A DNA stretch of 63,843 nucleotides, the filler included, from Choristocarpus tenellus KU-1152 (taxonomy: Eukaryota; Protista; Phaeophyceae): the NCBI GenBank assembly GCA_964200185.2. It is 11 parts of 11 records of this genome, joined end to end, with 100 filler letters (N's around TTAATTAATTAA, not from the genome) between each part and the next. Parts side by side here need not be neighbours in the genome. Positions count along the whole stretch, not along the records: positions 1 to 16,491 come from CAXNAD020000819.1; 10 more parts are not named here. One strand, written 5' to 3'. The notes beneath the pieces were generated by a model that saw nothing but the letters and a program-made list of their open reading frames with translations, was not told where the DNA came from and made no database searches. Each line of letters begins with the position of its first letter. Position 1 is the first letter of the stretch. This document shows positions 1 to 13,499 of this stretch, in pieces. The position numbers and the translations under genes were made by a program.

Positions 1-90
1 GGGGGGATAGACTTCTGGAATTCATAATCAAACCCACCTGGAACCCGTAAAAGCAGCCAGTATTACAGATTACATCCCAAACTACCCAGC

Positions 91-121
<31 letters not shown>

Positions 122-496
122 AATACTAAAAAGGAAGAAGCTTCGTTTCAGAAAGGCAAGAATTGGGTGAGTAGTCAGGAAATGGGGTACCATGTGCGAA
201 GAGGTCTTGCTGTAAGTGATAGAACCCAACAACTTTACAGTACTTTATGTGGGTGTGATAAACAATAACCCCAAAAACAATTCGCATTTAACCTAGCTTG
301 GTTGGTGTGCTAATGTTTACTCCAAATCTATATAAAAGGAAAGTAAGGTGGGTCATAGGCCCCGCAAGTCTGCCTTGGGGTTTCATTATGCGGCTGGCGT
401 ACCCACTGGGTTTACGCCAGAAGGGGGCTGTATGGGTAGACTAGCGGGAAAAGGGGGGGGGCAGAAAGGATAAACATAGAAGTGTTATGAGACAGC

Positions 497-674
497 GACC
501 CAATGTATCTGGGGGGGGGGGGGGGCTACACCAGGGTGTCCATTTGGTTCAAAATCAGGAAAAGTGCATTTACATTATCCATTCAACGTATGCAACCAAA
601 TCACCCAAAAATTGCGACATGAAAAAATTGACCCCGAACGGACAGCCGCCATCCCCCCCCAGATACTTTGAGCC
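497..674. mobile_element. MITE family A, full copy (~178 bp)
   Basis: Termini GACCCAATGTATCT-G15 and C7-AGATACTTTGAGCC; inverted subterminal TGTCCATTTGG motifs; internal sequence recurs about 10 times in the window. Confidence 0.85.
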
Positions 675-1577
675 TCTGTTATCAATGAAGTGATAAATAT
701 TGAGGAACATGTGAGTCAAGAGGTAGGTTAAGGCTTGAGTGACCATGCACGAGGGACCTTTGGTAGATGTTTGAAGATTGGAAATGAGGAGGTGAGAAAT
801 GAAGGACAACTAGGTGTACCATTACATTCTAATGCATGTTCCTTGACTTGTAGTTAGCATATTGGACCTTGAGACTGCAAAGGTATCTTGACAAATGTGA
901 GCATATCCTGTAGGTTGGGGCATGAGCTGCAAAAAGCAGTAAAAAGCACAGACAAAAATGCAAGCATCATCAATTTTTTGTTCATTTCAATCTGTGTTGT
1001 GTGGTAGTAACAGTGCCAAATGGAGTCAGGACCATAATCAGATTGCCATCTCACATATTATCATTGCCAGCAATACATCACTAGGAAGCACAAAGTTTGT
1101 CAGCACATTCTGTTTGGGAGTCCATTGTTTCACCAAAGGACTTTGCACACGACACCTTTTAGATAATCTTTGGAGGAAATATATAGGCAAATCGTGTCAC
1201 CGTCTCACTTGACTGATGATAAAAATGTCTAGTATGTATGCTTTAGCGGTTGAAGGTACAACGATACTTTGGGTGGCAAGAATGGAAGACATGACTGCTA
1301 CAGGACAAAGCGAGGTATTGCCTCCCTGCGGGTAGCAAGGAAGGCTTGACGTGGGAGTGATAACAACTACTCCAGAGTACCTCTTTTGAATACCTCACTG
1401 ATTGCTAGAGGTGCTCTGTAGAACATCATCCTTTGGATCTATCATTGTACCTTGGTTTGGTGGCAACCTGTGTAGATCAATACGCATCAGGTCATTGTGA
1501 GTGATGCAAATAGAATTGCATTAGTCAGTCTAGTCCAAGCAACTTTCATATCCCTTGCAGTGCGAATGTTCAGTTCT

Positions 1578-1844
1578 GAGCCAAAGCATTTAGGAGAGTA
1601 GGGCCATGTCCATTCGGGGTTGTAAATCCAATATTGCGATTTTGATGAATTTTGGCTAACGTGTTTGTTAACAAGTGTCAATTCCTTGCTCCAGACACAC
1701 CTGTCATAGTCGATACATTCTGCCTACTCCAAAATCCGAAATGTCCACACAGAAAACCGAAAAGGGGCATAAAAAACCTGTAGGAAGCCAAGCTCTGAAC
1801 AGACAAACAGGGGAAAACTCCTACCCTCTCAAATACTTTGGATC
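1578..1844. mobile_element. MITE family B, full diverged copy (~265 bp)
   Basis: Termini GAGCCAAAGCATTTAGGAGAGTA and TACCCTCTCAAATACTTTGGATC; aligns with 28628-28888. Confidence 0.8.
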
Positions 1845-2055
1845 TTTCTGTTCTTCTACAGAGGGGTGAGGAATACTGCAGATTGCTAGTGTCAGAGGTA
1901 CTTGCAGAGTGATCTACAACAGTGATGATCTACAACAACAGTGTCGATATCTGAATCGTGCGTTTTGCCCCCTGCAAAACCTTCTCATACTTGCTCTTCA
2001 CTGATTCAACAATGGTTGCGATGAGCAGATACGAACCAAGTTAGTCGAGCAGACA

Positions 2056-2310
2056 GAGTCGAAGTATCTTAGAGGGTAGAGCCGCGTCCATTTGACCGCC
2101 GAATTCAAATGTTGCAATTTTGATGTAATTCTTGCTATCATTTTTGTTTGGAGATGTCAATGTCCTTTTTTCGGACACTCCTTTCCATAACGTACACATT
2201 CTACCTACTCCGAAATATTTTGGAGTATAAAATGTCATTAAGACCCGTGGGCAGCCAAGTCCCATATGGACAACCAGGGAAAACTCGTACCCTCTATGAT
2301 ATTTAGGCAA
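2056..2310. mobile_element. MITE family B, full copy
   Basis: GAGTCGAAGTATCTTAGAGGGTA...TACCCTCTATGATATTTAGGCAA, flanked by ACA/ACA (putative 3-bp TSD). Confidence 0.85.
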
Positions 2311-3804
2311 ACACACACCTTTGAACATGAAGCTTTTAGGTAGTAGAAGGGCGAACCGTGTGTTGACCTTGGGAAAGATGCAATCTTGCAACAATGTCAC
2401 ACACACATGTATTCCTCTCCCCTAACACATCAATTTTTGGATGATAACAGCAACGGTAGTCAAGAACAAGCAAGATCTCAGCGTGAGGTGATTGGTTGGA
2501 GAAGGGATACAGTACTTACTTGTGTGAACTGACACAACCCACCAACTTCAATCTAGGGATGTAGGGAAATGTCGACCCAGAAACCCTTGCTTTGGTTGAG
2601 CATGATGAGTCGCAATTTCACCAAACTAAATGTCATGGCCCATAGTATCTTAGAAGGGGAGTTGTTTAGCCCAGGGTGTTCATTGGAGGCTTGATGGAGT
2701 GTTGTAAAATGCCCCAGTTTGATTTCCGTTTTGCTGGTGATTTTCCTTTGGGTTAGGTTCAGGTAAGGGTATGGAAAGGAAGGCTCGTTCAGATGAAAGA
2801 ATTGTCTATACACCTGACACGTTTACTCAGGTGACATGAAAATCACTACAGGTTCGCACAGGTTCCAAAAGAGGATACTATGCGCCTCACGATTGTGATT
2901 TCCCAACATATACAGTCTTTGACTGAAATTCCTAATTCTATTAATACGACAACTTGAAATGTACCACTTTGATCTCGAAGACACAAGAAGACCACCCTGG
3001 GAACAGGAAGTGGCAAGGAAACCAAGGACTTCAGTATTTTCAAGATTTTCTTTGGGACATGCAGACGATTACCTAGGACCTTTTGGCAGAGTTCGAGCTT
3101 GGGCTGAGCCAAGGATGCTGCGGTGACTCTAGCGAGGGGGGACTATCCCCACCATATATATAAACAGCAGTATGATGGTGTGGACCAAGTTGGTGTCTCT
3201 CGAACACACGCGTTCATAAGCCTCTGAAAGTCTGAGAATATTTAGAATCACCGTCAAGCTTGAGCAAGGAACTAACTCTCTGAGCTAACAGTGCCCCCTG
3301 AGGCCAAACCATGGTGTGTGAGGAAAAAGACTGACATATGTCTAAGGAACTAAACTCTCATGTGGTTGGATTATATACTGCATACCCTTCAAACAAGAAA
3401 GGAACAAGGTGGCACCCCCTCCAGGCAATGCTGTCAGTGCCCCTCAGCTTCCGTTCTGTTACAATTTCTTTCCAACCCTCTTGGATCTCTTACTAAACAG
3501 TATTTTGGAAGTATAGTTTAGATGCTAGTCACATTCGCTTTTATCTCTTACATGCTGCGTTCCACTATAAATAGTAATTAGATGTGTATGGATCAAGTAC
3601 TGTATTTTTCTGGATGAGATAGCTACGAACGCAGTAGGGGGGAGAGGGGCAGGAGGCTAGAGGAGGAAAGGGACTGTCAAATCCCGTCTACAACAGATAG
3701 TTTTTGTCACAAAACAAGTAGCCCTATCTACACTGTTATGCGCTTTATGCTGGAGACACCAGGGAGATGGGCAAGGAGGGGCTTGTTGGATTCCCTGGAT
3801 GCTT

Positions 3805-3942
3805 GGCTCAAAGTATCTGGAGGGGGGTGGTAACTGTCCATTTGGGGTCTATTTTTAGACGTTGTAATTTTTGTGTGATTTGGTTGCATGTGTTGGATGG
3901 ATAATGTAAGTGCACTTTTCCTAGTATGGGTCCGAATGGACA
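3805..3942. mobile_element. MITE family A, truncated, next to a LINE 3'-region fragment (3749-3804)
   Basis: GGCTCAAAGTATCTGGAGGGGGG...CCGAATGGACA; the preceding 55 bp match 39359-39415. Confidence 0.8.
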
Positions 3943-6599
3943 AAATAAAATCTATCGCCTCCATATTGTGATCATATTTGGTCCTCACTCAATGTTTTGT
4001 CATCACTTGAGACTTCAGGCGTAAATTACCTTTTTCAATGTGCTCACAGGACCAGGGATATGAAATGAGGTGATTCTTTTGTATCATTTACTGAACTCTA
4101 TTCAATCATCTATTGTTACATACTCATAGAAAAGAAACCTTTTGGATGAAACTGTGATCCTGCGTAACAACCAAACATGTTTTATCAACAAGTCTTAGCC
4201 TATCAAAGAGTCTATGCATTAAACCTCACCAAATACCTGTGCACAGTACCCACTGTTAGACAAATGCCAATATTCTACGCACTAAATTAAATCATAAGGG
4301 GCATCCAACTATTTGATTAACTCTACAGCTTTCAACTATAACATTAGCCAATACATAAACCCCTTCAGTGCACCAACCCCTTTATTATTGCGTAGTTGTT
4401 GATGTCACAAGAATCAAGCAACATGTACAGGGACAATAAATACCTTCATCCCACAGGTAATACACATGTAAGTGATGACTTTTAATGATGGAACCTTCGA
4501 TATTTCATACACATTGAAGATGAGAGCTCTACCTATTATGTTCTGCTTCATGTCAGTACTGCATCCATGGAAAACTTATGTGGTTTAAAAGCATCACCCT
4601 CTGTTCAGGTATTAAATACAATATTATGTACAAAAAAATATAGAGCATAAAGTAGCAGTATCTACACCCTCTCGTTCGAGACACCAAGATAGTATTCCCC
4701 CAACTGCTGTAGTGGGTTGGACACATCTGCATTTATGACATAGTCCATTCAACTCTCTAACATACAAACTGCACCTTCATCTTTGCAGGTGGGCATGAAT
4801 TACAAAAAAAACACCTAAAATGAGCTTGCAAAAAAGAAAAACTCGCTGTCACCACCTGTGCAACATTTCTACAAGCTGACACAATAAAAGAGTCGGTCTG
4901 CACTGGGTAGTTCCATTGCCACATTAAGGTTACGCTCACAGCTCATGTAGACACCATGTAGACACCTACCAACCTCGAAACTTGTGTCCGCCATCAGGTG
5001 AAAAGGATTCTCACTCCCCTGTGTATAGAGGTTGTGAAAAATGGAATTATGTACACAATTAACACAGAATTTATCTGTCACAAAAATAAAATCAGGAAGG
5101 AAAAGGTAGCAAAACATATATAAATAATGGTACCACAACAAGACATTCTTTAAAAAAGATATACCTCAACCAAAAAACTAAAAAAGCACGAGTGGAATCT
5201 ATATGCCACATGCTCCACATCAGAAATCCTCGAGGAGCACCTACAGTCCTCTGACAGTTACGATAACTTTGAATCTGACATAGATGCAACGCAATGGTAT
5301 TCTCATGATGAGAGGGGGGTTATTGAGAGTAGGTTCAATCAGAAGTAGTCCTCTTGGTACCACCTCACAAACCTCTCCCACCCAAAACCCCCCATCAACC
5401 CCCTTTTGGGGCATTATTCTTGCAGCAAAGTATTGACCGGAGATATGCCACTGGTGAAAAGACATAGTCGGCTTCGATGTGTGCTGTAATATCAAAGACG
5501 TAAGACTATCCAAACCAAAAAATTTGGCTGAATAAAAATTGGAAGTCATTGTAACCCTACAGTAAACGCCTTCTCCCCATTGAACTCCTATCACAAAGTA
5601 GTCATCCAGCAGAGTGAATCCCAATTCTTTTAACTGCTACAGTGCATCAGATAGCACAACAAATCACAACTTCAGCACCTAGAAACAAAAGATAAATTTT
5701 CAGTTTTGTGAAAGAATGTTACATACATTAAGGATGGATGAAAAAGAACGAGGATTTGCAAGGGGTTGGTCTTCACCCAAGACTACAGCTAGAGTAAATA
5801 TTACTACAACCACTCAAAACATTTCATCCATGGCAAAATGTTTGAAGAGGTTAATCACCAGAAAAGCATCCAACATAACCACTTCCTTCTCGACTTCAAC
5901 TCAATATAGCACAACTCACCATCCAATGTTTTTTTCCCTTGCATTTAACCCCCTGATGATAAGCATTATTTTGTTGAAGTCTTTCCACACAGCCACCTTT
6001 ACCAAAAACAAAACAGATGCAAAGATGAAAGATGCGTATCATTACAAATACATTCATGGGTCAAGGCATTGGGAGCAAGAGGAAACATTATTAACCACTA
6101 TCACTATCACTGGGTACATCACAAGAAGGATGAATGGATACATGCATTATACTGTCAACAACAAAGGATGTATTTTTTGAGGGTGGGGACATTCAAAGTT
6201 GTTGCGGAATGACTGCCAAAATATCAGAGCATCTGATGATGACCTCCCCATGTGACCATGTAATCCCTTGAACATTCTCACAGGGAAAGGGGTGGGAAGA
6301 TTGTTGAGTAAATGGGCGACATTCTTTAGTTCTTACCTTGTTCTTAAGGTTGAGTACAGCAAAGGATTGGGTACCTTCCTTAAACTTTGCAAGACCTTCC
6401 CCAGAAGCATCCCTACCACAACCTATTGGTTTTGTCGTCTTGCAGGTTTAGTTCCAGGAGTTCCAGAATTGAAGAAGTGTACCGTGTTGGGAAACTGCTG
6501 GGAAATATTAAACTTAACGTAGGGCCGCGAGGAAAATATACATGGTTAGGTACTTGATCATGCTCAACTAAAAACATTTATGGTCAATCCTACTTCTAG

Positions 6600-7751
6600 A
6601 CTATCAACCATTTCTCTGCAATGTTCTGGACACACACCCAGCCCTCATCGCCCACGTACATGTTTAGTGCACAACAGATCATTTTTAGTGTTGACATTGA
6701 ATTCAACCCAGCTAAGGATAGGCTCGTGTTTACTTTTTGTAACACGGTCGTTTGTGCTGCAAATCACGAGAGGCTAGTGGGTTCCTGTCCAGTTACTCCC
6801 TACCTCCAAGGTTGAAGAGAAGCACTGTTGGGCATTAGCACCGAGCCAGACTTGTTTCAGAAAAAATGTCGCAGGGGGGCAGGTATCATTCCGTGTTTCC
6901 CCTGGGTGGAGTGGACTTACCTGAGATTGACGAAGAAATAGGTGTAAGGCTTAATCACCAGGGGGAGGGGAGTATCTGAGTCACGACATGTCCCCCGTCA
7001 CAGATTAATCCATTTCAGATATGTGGTCAATTTAATTAGCCACACAATTTCTATCCATTTCGTTTGATCCTGTTCAACTCAACCTGAAAGGCCAAATCCT
7101 ATGTCAACCAAGATACGGAGGTATACACTAAACCACTGATCCAGTTGTCTACCACGAGACGAGCGACCTTCGAGAGTAGTGGCATAACGACATCTTCTTA
7201 TCGAAAAAATTGACAGCTTTAAACTCTTGCTCTTGCTCTTGCTCTTCTGCGGGACCACTGTCTTGGTGATGTAGTGCTGTCTTGATATCCTGCCCTAGTG
7301 CAGGCCAGGTGACCACATAATCTCAAATACTACCTAGTTGAAATCATGTCCAAAGATCAGTTGGTGTAGCTTACCCTGCCACGCAGTTTCTTCTACAACA
7401 TCATTCCTTCCACCCAAAGGTCAGCTGATGGGTTAAGTATATTTATTTCTTAATGCACCTTCATATCCACATGTTGTCCCAACAAGGTCAATTGTAACAC
7501 AGAAGTTTGCCACCCCAAATTGTCGGGTAAGTTTTCACTTCTTTCAACTGTTCCAGGTTACAGATCAGCTTACCGAGACGCGGAGGTGGGCAGTGTTGAA
7601 AGGTGACCATCGTCCCTTGATCCGTGCGTAACAATCTTGTAGGAGTGGGATTGATTGATGCCATGTCTGACACCGTCAAACCATTCCACGACACCTGTTG
7701 AACCATCGCATAGAGTTGAAACCAACTGGGCAGCATTTCTAAGCCCACCAA
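6600..7751 (-). pseudogene. Possible degenerate tyrosine-recombinase gene with an intron
   Basis: Fragments CPPPRLGKLICNL (R-I box-like), QLDQWFSVYLRIL, YTYFFVNL followed by a CAG|GTAAGT donor at ~6920, then TGQEPT...SLAGLNSMST. Interrupted by stops. Confidence 0.25.
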
Positions 7752-8099
7752 CCTGATGGCTTCATATCACTGCACGTTCTTTTGGTCAGTATTGTACGTC
7801 GATCCTAGACCAACCAACATCCATACTATCGTGAAAGAATGTAAATGTATTGAGTTCTGTTGAGGGGGGGGGAATCGTATTAAATATATAATATAAAAGA
7901 AGGGATTAAGTGGATGATCTCGATCCGATCGGGATTATACGATTACAATAAAAATATCGATCTACACTAAGATATTTTCCCAATTTCACTAACTCCTTCT
8001 CCAACAAGGGATGACCACGCTAATGATGAGCCATGACCTATGTGAAGGTTTTTACACCTTGGAATCAACATGGTTGAGAGAAGAGGAAGGGAGACCTAA

Positions 8100-8700
8100 G
8101 ATCTAACACCACCCAGGACGATTCCCACTAGTTCTCATTTCTTGCGAGGAGCTATACGATCTTAACTATTCGGCACGGTCATGTAATAGAGGTGCTAGGG
8201 TACATTTACCAAAGTAGAATCTCGTGATAGCTACACAGTATCAAAAGAAATTGTCTAGTCAGCTACACTTCGACTCCTGTGACTATGTGCGGGACTCTGT
8301 GCTCTTACCGTTGAAGGTCCTCTTGTCCTCGAGGGACACTGAGGGGTGTAGACGTTGATGTACGTAACGGCTAACCCATCTTTGGTACCCGTGTAACGTT
8401 CTGGTCATATCACAGGTCGGTAATTGGAGAACTTCTGAGGTCTGCTGCAAGTCTAGATATATTAGCAGTGTTCACAAATGAAAGCCAATGAATTATCTCT
8501 CTCGATCTATGCACCATGTCAAAACCTCAATGCCCATTTTTTTTAACAGGATCTTGACCCCGACTCCCTTGCACCCTCGCATTTTCAACCAGTCTTTCAG
8601 GATGGCATGCTGCAGATGGTATACAAATGCAGCAAATGAGGTTTATACACGCGAGCAACTGTAAGCTGGTCGGTGACCAAACTGTTGTGACACCGAACTT
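8100..8700 (-). mobile_element. Degenerate LINE reverse-transcriptase remnant
   Basis: SNYRPVI (like NYRPISL) at ~8410-8435, followed by a QRL...Q-like motif; frameshifted. Confidence 0.3.
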
Positions 8701-11365
8701 CTAGGTACAAGTGTCTAGACCCAAGTATGTCCACCTTTCACGCTCTCCCCAAAAAGAAATCGACGGCATCCCCATTATAGCAAACACCTCTTCCCTGCCT
8801 TCCTACAGTGGAGAGCAAGCTTGATCCTAATCGAAAAAATAATATTGAGTGCGAGCACACCAGAGAGGGGTAGACCCCAACTCTCTTCTCATGTATCCTC
8901 AGGTTCAGTCTCCATATCTGTTGTCCTGTTCTTCGTTTTGCATCCCGAAATCCCACGTCTTCTCTCCACCCCACAAAACCAGAACGGATACCATAAGCTT
9001 GTCGAATATCTAAGATCTTTTCCATCTTTTGTAGCAATTATTTTTTCTGCCCTCTGGTACAAATGTTGCAGCAGTGAGCTACCACATGAAAGGAATAATA
9101 GTTCCACTGTTGCCAAGGTGCTAAGGTAATCACCGGATGTGCTACAACTGGCAAGTGCGAAATCCTGTGAAAATAAAAGAGCTGGATGTCGAGGAAGAAC
9201 TGCACTAAAAATAACCTTGTGTTTTATGGAAGCTCTTCGTGTCTCTTGTTTTTCCCGTCATCACCACGACCAAACCTATTTTGCTTTAACCCCCCTCTCT
9301 TGTTCTGTTACTACATTGATGTCGAAATTTGTCACTTTCTCCCTTGGTTCTTTTGTTGAGAACTACTATGACTCCCCATCTTCTGTTCTAATGTATCCTT
9401 GGAGAACCTGTGATTTGAGCTTATTTGGGTACCATCCATACTTTACACTGGTATTAAGTAGTATCTGCAGCATTTAGAAGTTGCACACTCATCAACCTCC
9501 ACGGATGAGGCTGTACTGAGTCGTGCATGCACAAGTGTCATTCACAACCACAGTATGACATCACACACGCTCCAATTTTCGAGAATTGCGGCCTTTTGAC
9601 TTATAACCACTCGAGAAATAGACAACACATATCATCAATTGATGCTTGTTGTGAAAAATGGAAGTCCTAGTCCTTGGAACGGCATAACCTCATACAAAAT
9701 GGTGATTGACTACAGAATTTAGCAATTACTTGAGCCCTCTCCTTTGCGAAGAGTGGAGGCGGACGCAAGATCATCTTATTGGTCCAATGAGTTAGGCTGT
9801 TGCTAGGATTCAAAGCTTGCAAGAGGAAGAGCAAAAGAAATTTGTGACAGGAGCATGATGAGTGAGACCATCTCATGTTGTTGGGTATTGATTGCCCACA
9901 CTTGCTCTCATGCTTCCCCGGTATCTTCCTCTTTGTTTATGGTTTGAGTCTGGTATATCCCACTTTGATTGGTAAAAATAAATATATTTTGATATGACCT
10001 TCATTATTCAAAGGGAAAGAACCCAAACATTTTTTCACCTGAATAAGCAACTACTCCTTCTATACGCTGTCTTAATATCTTGCTGATGAATATTTCTACT
10101 TCTTCACCGAGCTACAGCCTCTTGATCGCTTGTTTTGTTCAAACTCAAACGGCCTCAGTCAATAAAAACCACAACTTTTTTCAAACTGAACCATAAGTTG
10201 CCACACTGTGATCGTGAAAACACGGTAGTAGTGCAAATGCTTCTTCATGCAGTCTTGTCCGTAGAGGGTGGAGATCATTGGCCAAAACCACAAACAAAAT
10301 TGACCTTTTTTTTTACAATTTTGTGGTTCTTTCAGAATGGCACAAATATCACATATCATGGGGCCTTTACCTCCTATAGATCAGTCCCATCTACCAGCGA
10401 GAAACTTAAAAAGTACCCAGTATAAAGAGGGGGGTCGAGAGGGAGCACAGACAAGGGTTGCAAAGTTCGCAATGCTTCAAGCTGAGAGATGGTGATTATG
10501 GATCTACCAGATGTATTTCACAAGTCAGTAAGAGGAAAGGAGTATCTGCATATTATTGTGGACAAAACCTCTGTTCTGGTATTTCAATGATGTTAAAGAG
10601 GGCGGTAGGTGTCGCATAGTTTTTTGCACTCTTCCTTTTATTCCTTAAGAGTAAAAGGGGTACGTGATCGCAGCGTTGAGCAAGGAGGTATGGTGAGGAA
10701 GGATTGGTTGACTTCTAAGCAGAATCCCTGTAACTGTTACTATAGTTCGAAAAGTTCGAACTTTATCACGTAAATTTGATGCTGCAGGAACAAAAAAGTT
10801 TTTCTTCAGTTTTAGAATCAGTAATAGAGACAGGATCTCCATAATTCACTGGAGGTGACACTGAGTACCTACCTGTCTCAATGGGATATATGATAAGTTA
10901 GTGGACAATTGTAGTTGTGCCTCGAATCAGAGATATTACAAAATGATATCACGTTCACATATTAGGGCATAATGGCATTGTTGACCCAGTACTACACGCT
11001 GCTAATTCTTATCGACACTACTCATAATCCAGGAAACTCGTGATAATAAGTACAAGATTTTGCCTTACACACATTGTTCAATATTTCCAGAAGAGATAAA
11101 ATAATAAACTTGTTAAAAGATGTTCAGTTTTAAAAAGTTGTCAAAACGTGCAAAGAACGTTCCTGTTCAATTTCCTACTTTCTAGTTCAGAATTAATATT
11201 CTTATGACAGAAATTCTTAGGTGGTTACTCCATATTTACTTAGATTCAGTCAAGACATACCTAATTGACGATACTACAGAAGTTTCAGAGAGTATCTCCC
11301 AATTTAGTAAAAATACATTATTTTCTGGAAACTCATTCTAATGCACTTAATGGCAAACCCTCAAA

Positions 11366-11545
11366 GGCTCAAAGTATTTGGCAGGGGTTGGCAGCTGTCC
11401 ATTTGGGGCCAATTCTCTTACGTTGCTCTTTTTGTGTGATTTGGTTGCATACGTCGGATGATAATGTAAATGCACTATTCCTGGTTATGGTCCAAATGGA
11501 CACCCTGGTGTAGACACCCCCCCCCCCCCACAGATACTTTGAGTC
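11366..11545. mobile_element. MITE family A, full copy
   Basis: GGCTCAAAGTATTTGG...C-run-ACAGATACTTTGAGTC; internal sequence matches 57244-57425. Confidence 0.85.
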
Positions 11546-13499
11546 AATATACTCACTGCGCAAACCAACTTCAACATACTGTGAGAATATACAAACAAAG
11601 GGAGGATACTTGAAAGATGACCAATTGATGTAGAATTAGATAGGACCAAGATGTTGTAGTTCTAACCTCTAATTCCACATATACCAGGCAAATATTTCTC
11701 CATTAAAGAACTTATTGCCCGCAGTAAATGTGTTACAACACACTCCAAAAGTTTACCTCCACGGGATGTGTAGCGATGGCGCTGATGCTCGTACAAGCCT
11801 CCCAGGATACTCCAACAGTCAACAGGTCCAACGAGCTTACCTAACGTCAGGTCAGCAGAACAGGGTGCTTTTCTCAGTCAATATCAGTCTATCAGAATAT
11901 GGTATCAAGATAGAAAAGTGAAGACGAGGCATTGATCGTGCAACACTCTTTTATTTCCTTTATCATCTACCATTTATTTGTTCTGGTTTACATACTTTGG
12001 AATACATCTGAAAGCCGTTGCATACATTCCCTAGTTACGGATCTTACTCTCTGACTTTTAGCAAATCAAAGTTCCTCTTTATAAGGTTCCCCATACGTGT
12101 ATACTCCTCGCGCTGGTTAGAACGCCAAAATAAATACCTGCATTATTCGCCTGTAACAAATGTACTTTGCCTGCTTCCCATATGCACCCCTCTCGAGAAG
12201 TAATGACAAAGAAAGAGAAAAAAGATTAAACCCCATACCCAAATCGATTACTTCAAGCAGAGACTGTGAAGAAAGAGCTGAGCAAGTTGGTGATGTCAAG
12301 TCTTTTGCACAGCGTGGAAGAGGACCAGACGGTGAACAAGTGCAACATACAACGGATTGTAAATGAGGAAAGGTTCTTAATATAAGGATCAACAGGACAA
12401 GAGCTGTATTGCTACTAGTATACCTGTGTGGAGGGACAGATAGGGGTGGGCAAGTAACTTATTGTGCATGTTTAAGAATAGGGGCAACCCCATCAGCATA
12501 AATTTTTTCACATTTATGTTACCTATATTTAGATTTTTGTGGTTTAGAGAGAGAAGTTTATTGACAACGCCCTCTCTTGCCGGTTTGTGTTGTCTGTTGT
12601 GTTTGTATACATGTTTGTTTTTGGAGGGACAAGTCTTTCTGTGACACGACATCCTGTTTCTCATGTTTGATACTTTAATAATTGTGTGTATTTCGTTAAA
12701 GAAGAAATGATCCCTTGAACACCTTCAGTTGCGAGTATTGAGTGTTAAGATAAACGTTATTTTTTGTCTCTTCAGAACTATACGTATAGATACACCTTGT
12801 TTGTGTTTTTTCTTTAATATCAAGTCAAATTCAGAACGAGTGCTGTGAGGCACAAGCCACGCTGGCATATTTGCCACAAGGATTGCATCTCGAGTAAGGG
12901 TTTTCGACCGAGCTTCCTTCTCCCCTGAACACCCAATGTTACCTATTCATATGTTAGGATCCAATCATGGGATTCGTTTAGTATCTACTGTGTTCATTGT
13001 AACATACAGATAGGGTTTTTTTCTTGCCCAGTTGCCTGATGATAGCAATGAAGTAGTTATATGCATGGTTTACACTGGGGGGCATGTTTCAAGCTACGGT
13101 TCTGTAGGGTTGTTTGCAACGTGGAACCACTAGGATGTTGGGTACTCAGTTCGTTTGGGTGTGTGGAACCGTAACGACTTCCGCAATACTTTTGCCCTGG
13201 TACCCATCTGGCCAATACCAGTCAGTCCTGTTCATTCCCTCTGTTAAACCAATCTCAGGATTATTGAAAGGGAGAGACGTAATGATTTAAAGACTACTAT
13301 TTCTCAGGGATCATCATCCGCCTTCACCCTTCAGGATTGAGGCCACTACATCAGTCCAGGTAGATGAATCAACCTGACACTGAAGTATTGGATTGAAACC
13401 TCAAGGCATTTCAACATGTGTTTGTGTATGTGTATAGTCGAAGTACTTATCTAAATGTATGTATATATCCGAGAGCAGGTGCAGACTCTACTGTGATGA

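Larger units (their letters stand above)
40..3400 (-). mobile_element. Highly degenerate DIRS/Ngaro-like retroelement relic (RT plus tyrosine recombinase), interrupted by three MITEs
   Basis: Minus-strand fragments occur in the expected order: VKLRLIML (~2600, like KxRLIxDLS), DCIFPKVNTRFALLLP (~2340-2400, like KxDxxxAF..LP), STAKAY (~1240), DDACIFVCAFYCFLQ (~930-975) and CMVTQALTYL (~720-750, like CPVxAL..YL). Many stops and frameshifts; boundaries approximate. Confidence 0.35.

Noticed and set aside
4100-6200. pogo- or piggyBac-like transposase fragments (INADV, IIGRA, WSSPKTT)
   Set aside because: Motifs are too short and fall on conflicting strands; likely TE debris but unassignable.
6914-6925. 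ACTTACCTG as the 5' end of U1 snRNA
   Set aside because: No U1 stem-loops or Sm site follow; it is more simply a minus-strand splice donor.
9600-13400. hAT zinc finger (ICDICA) and Copia knuckle/RT hints
   Set aside because: Isolated weak motifs without supporting domain order.
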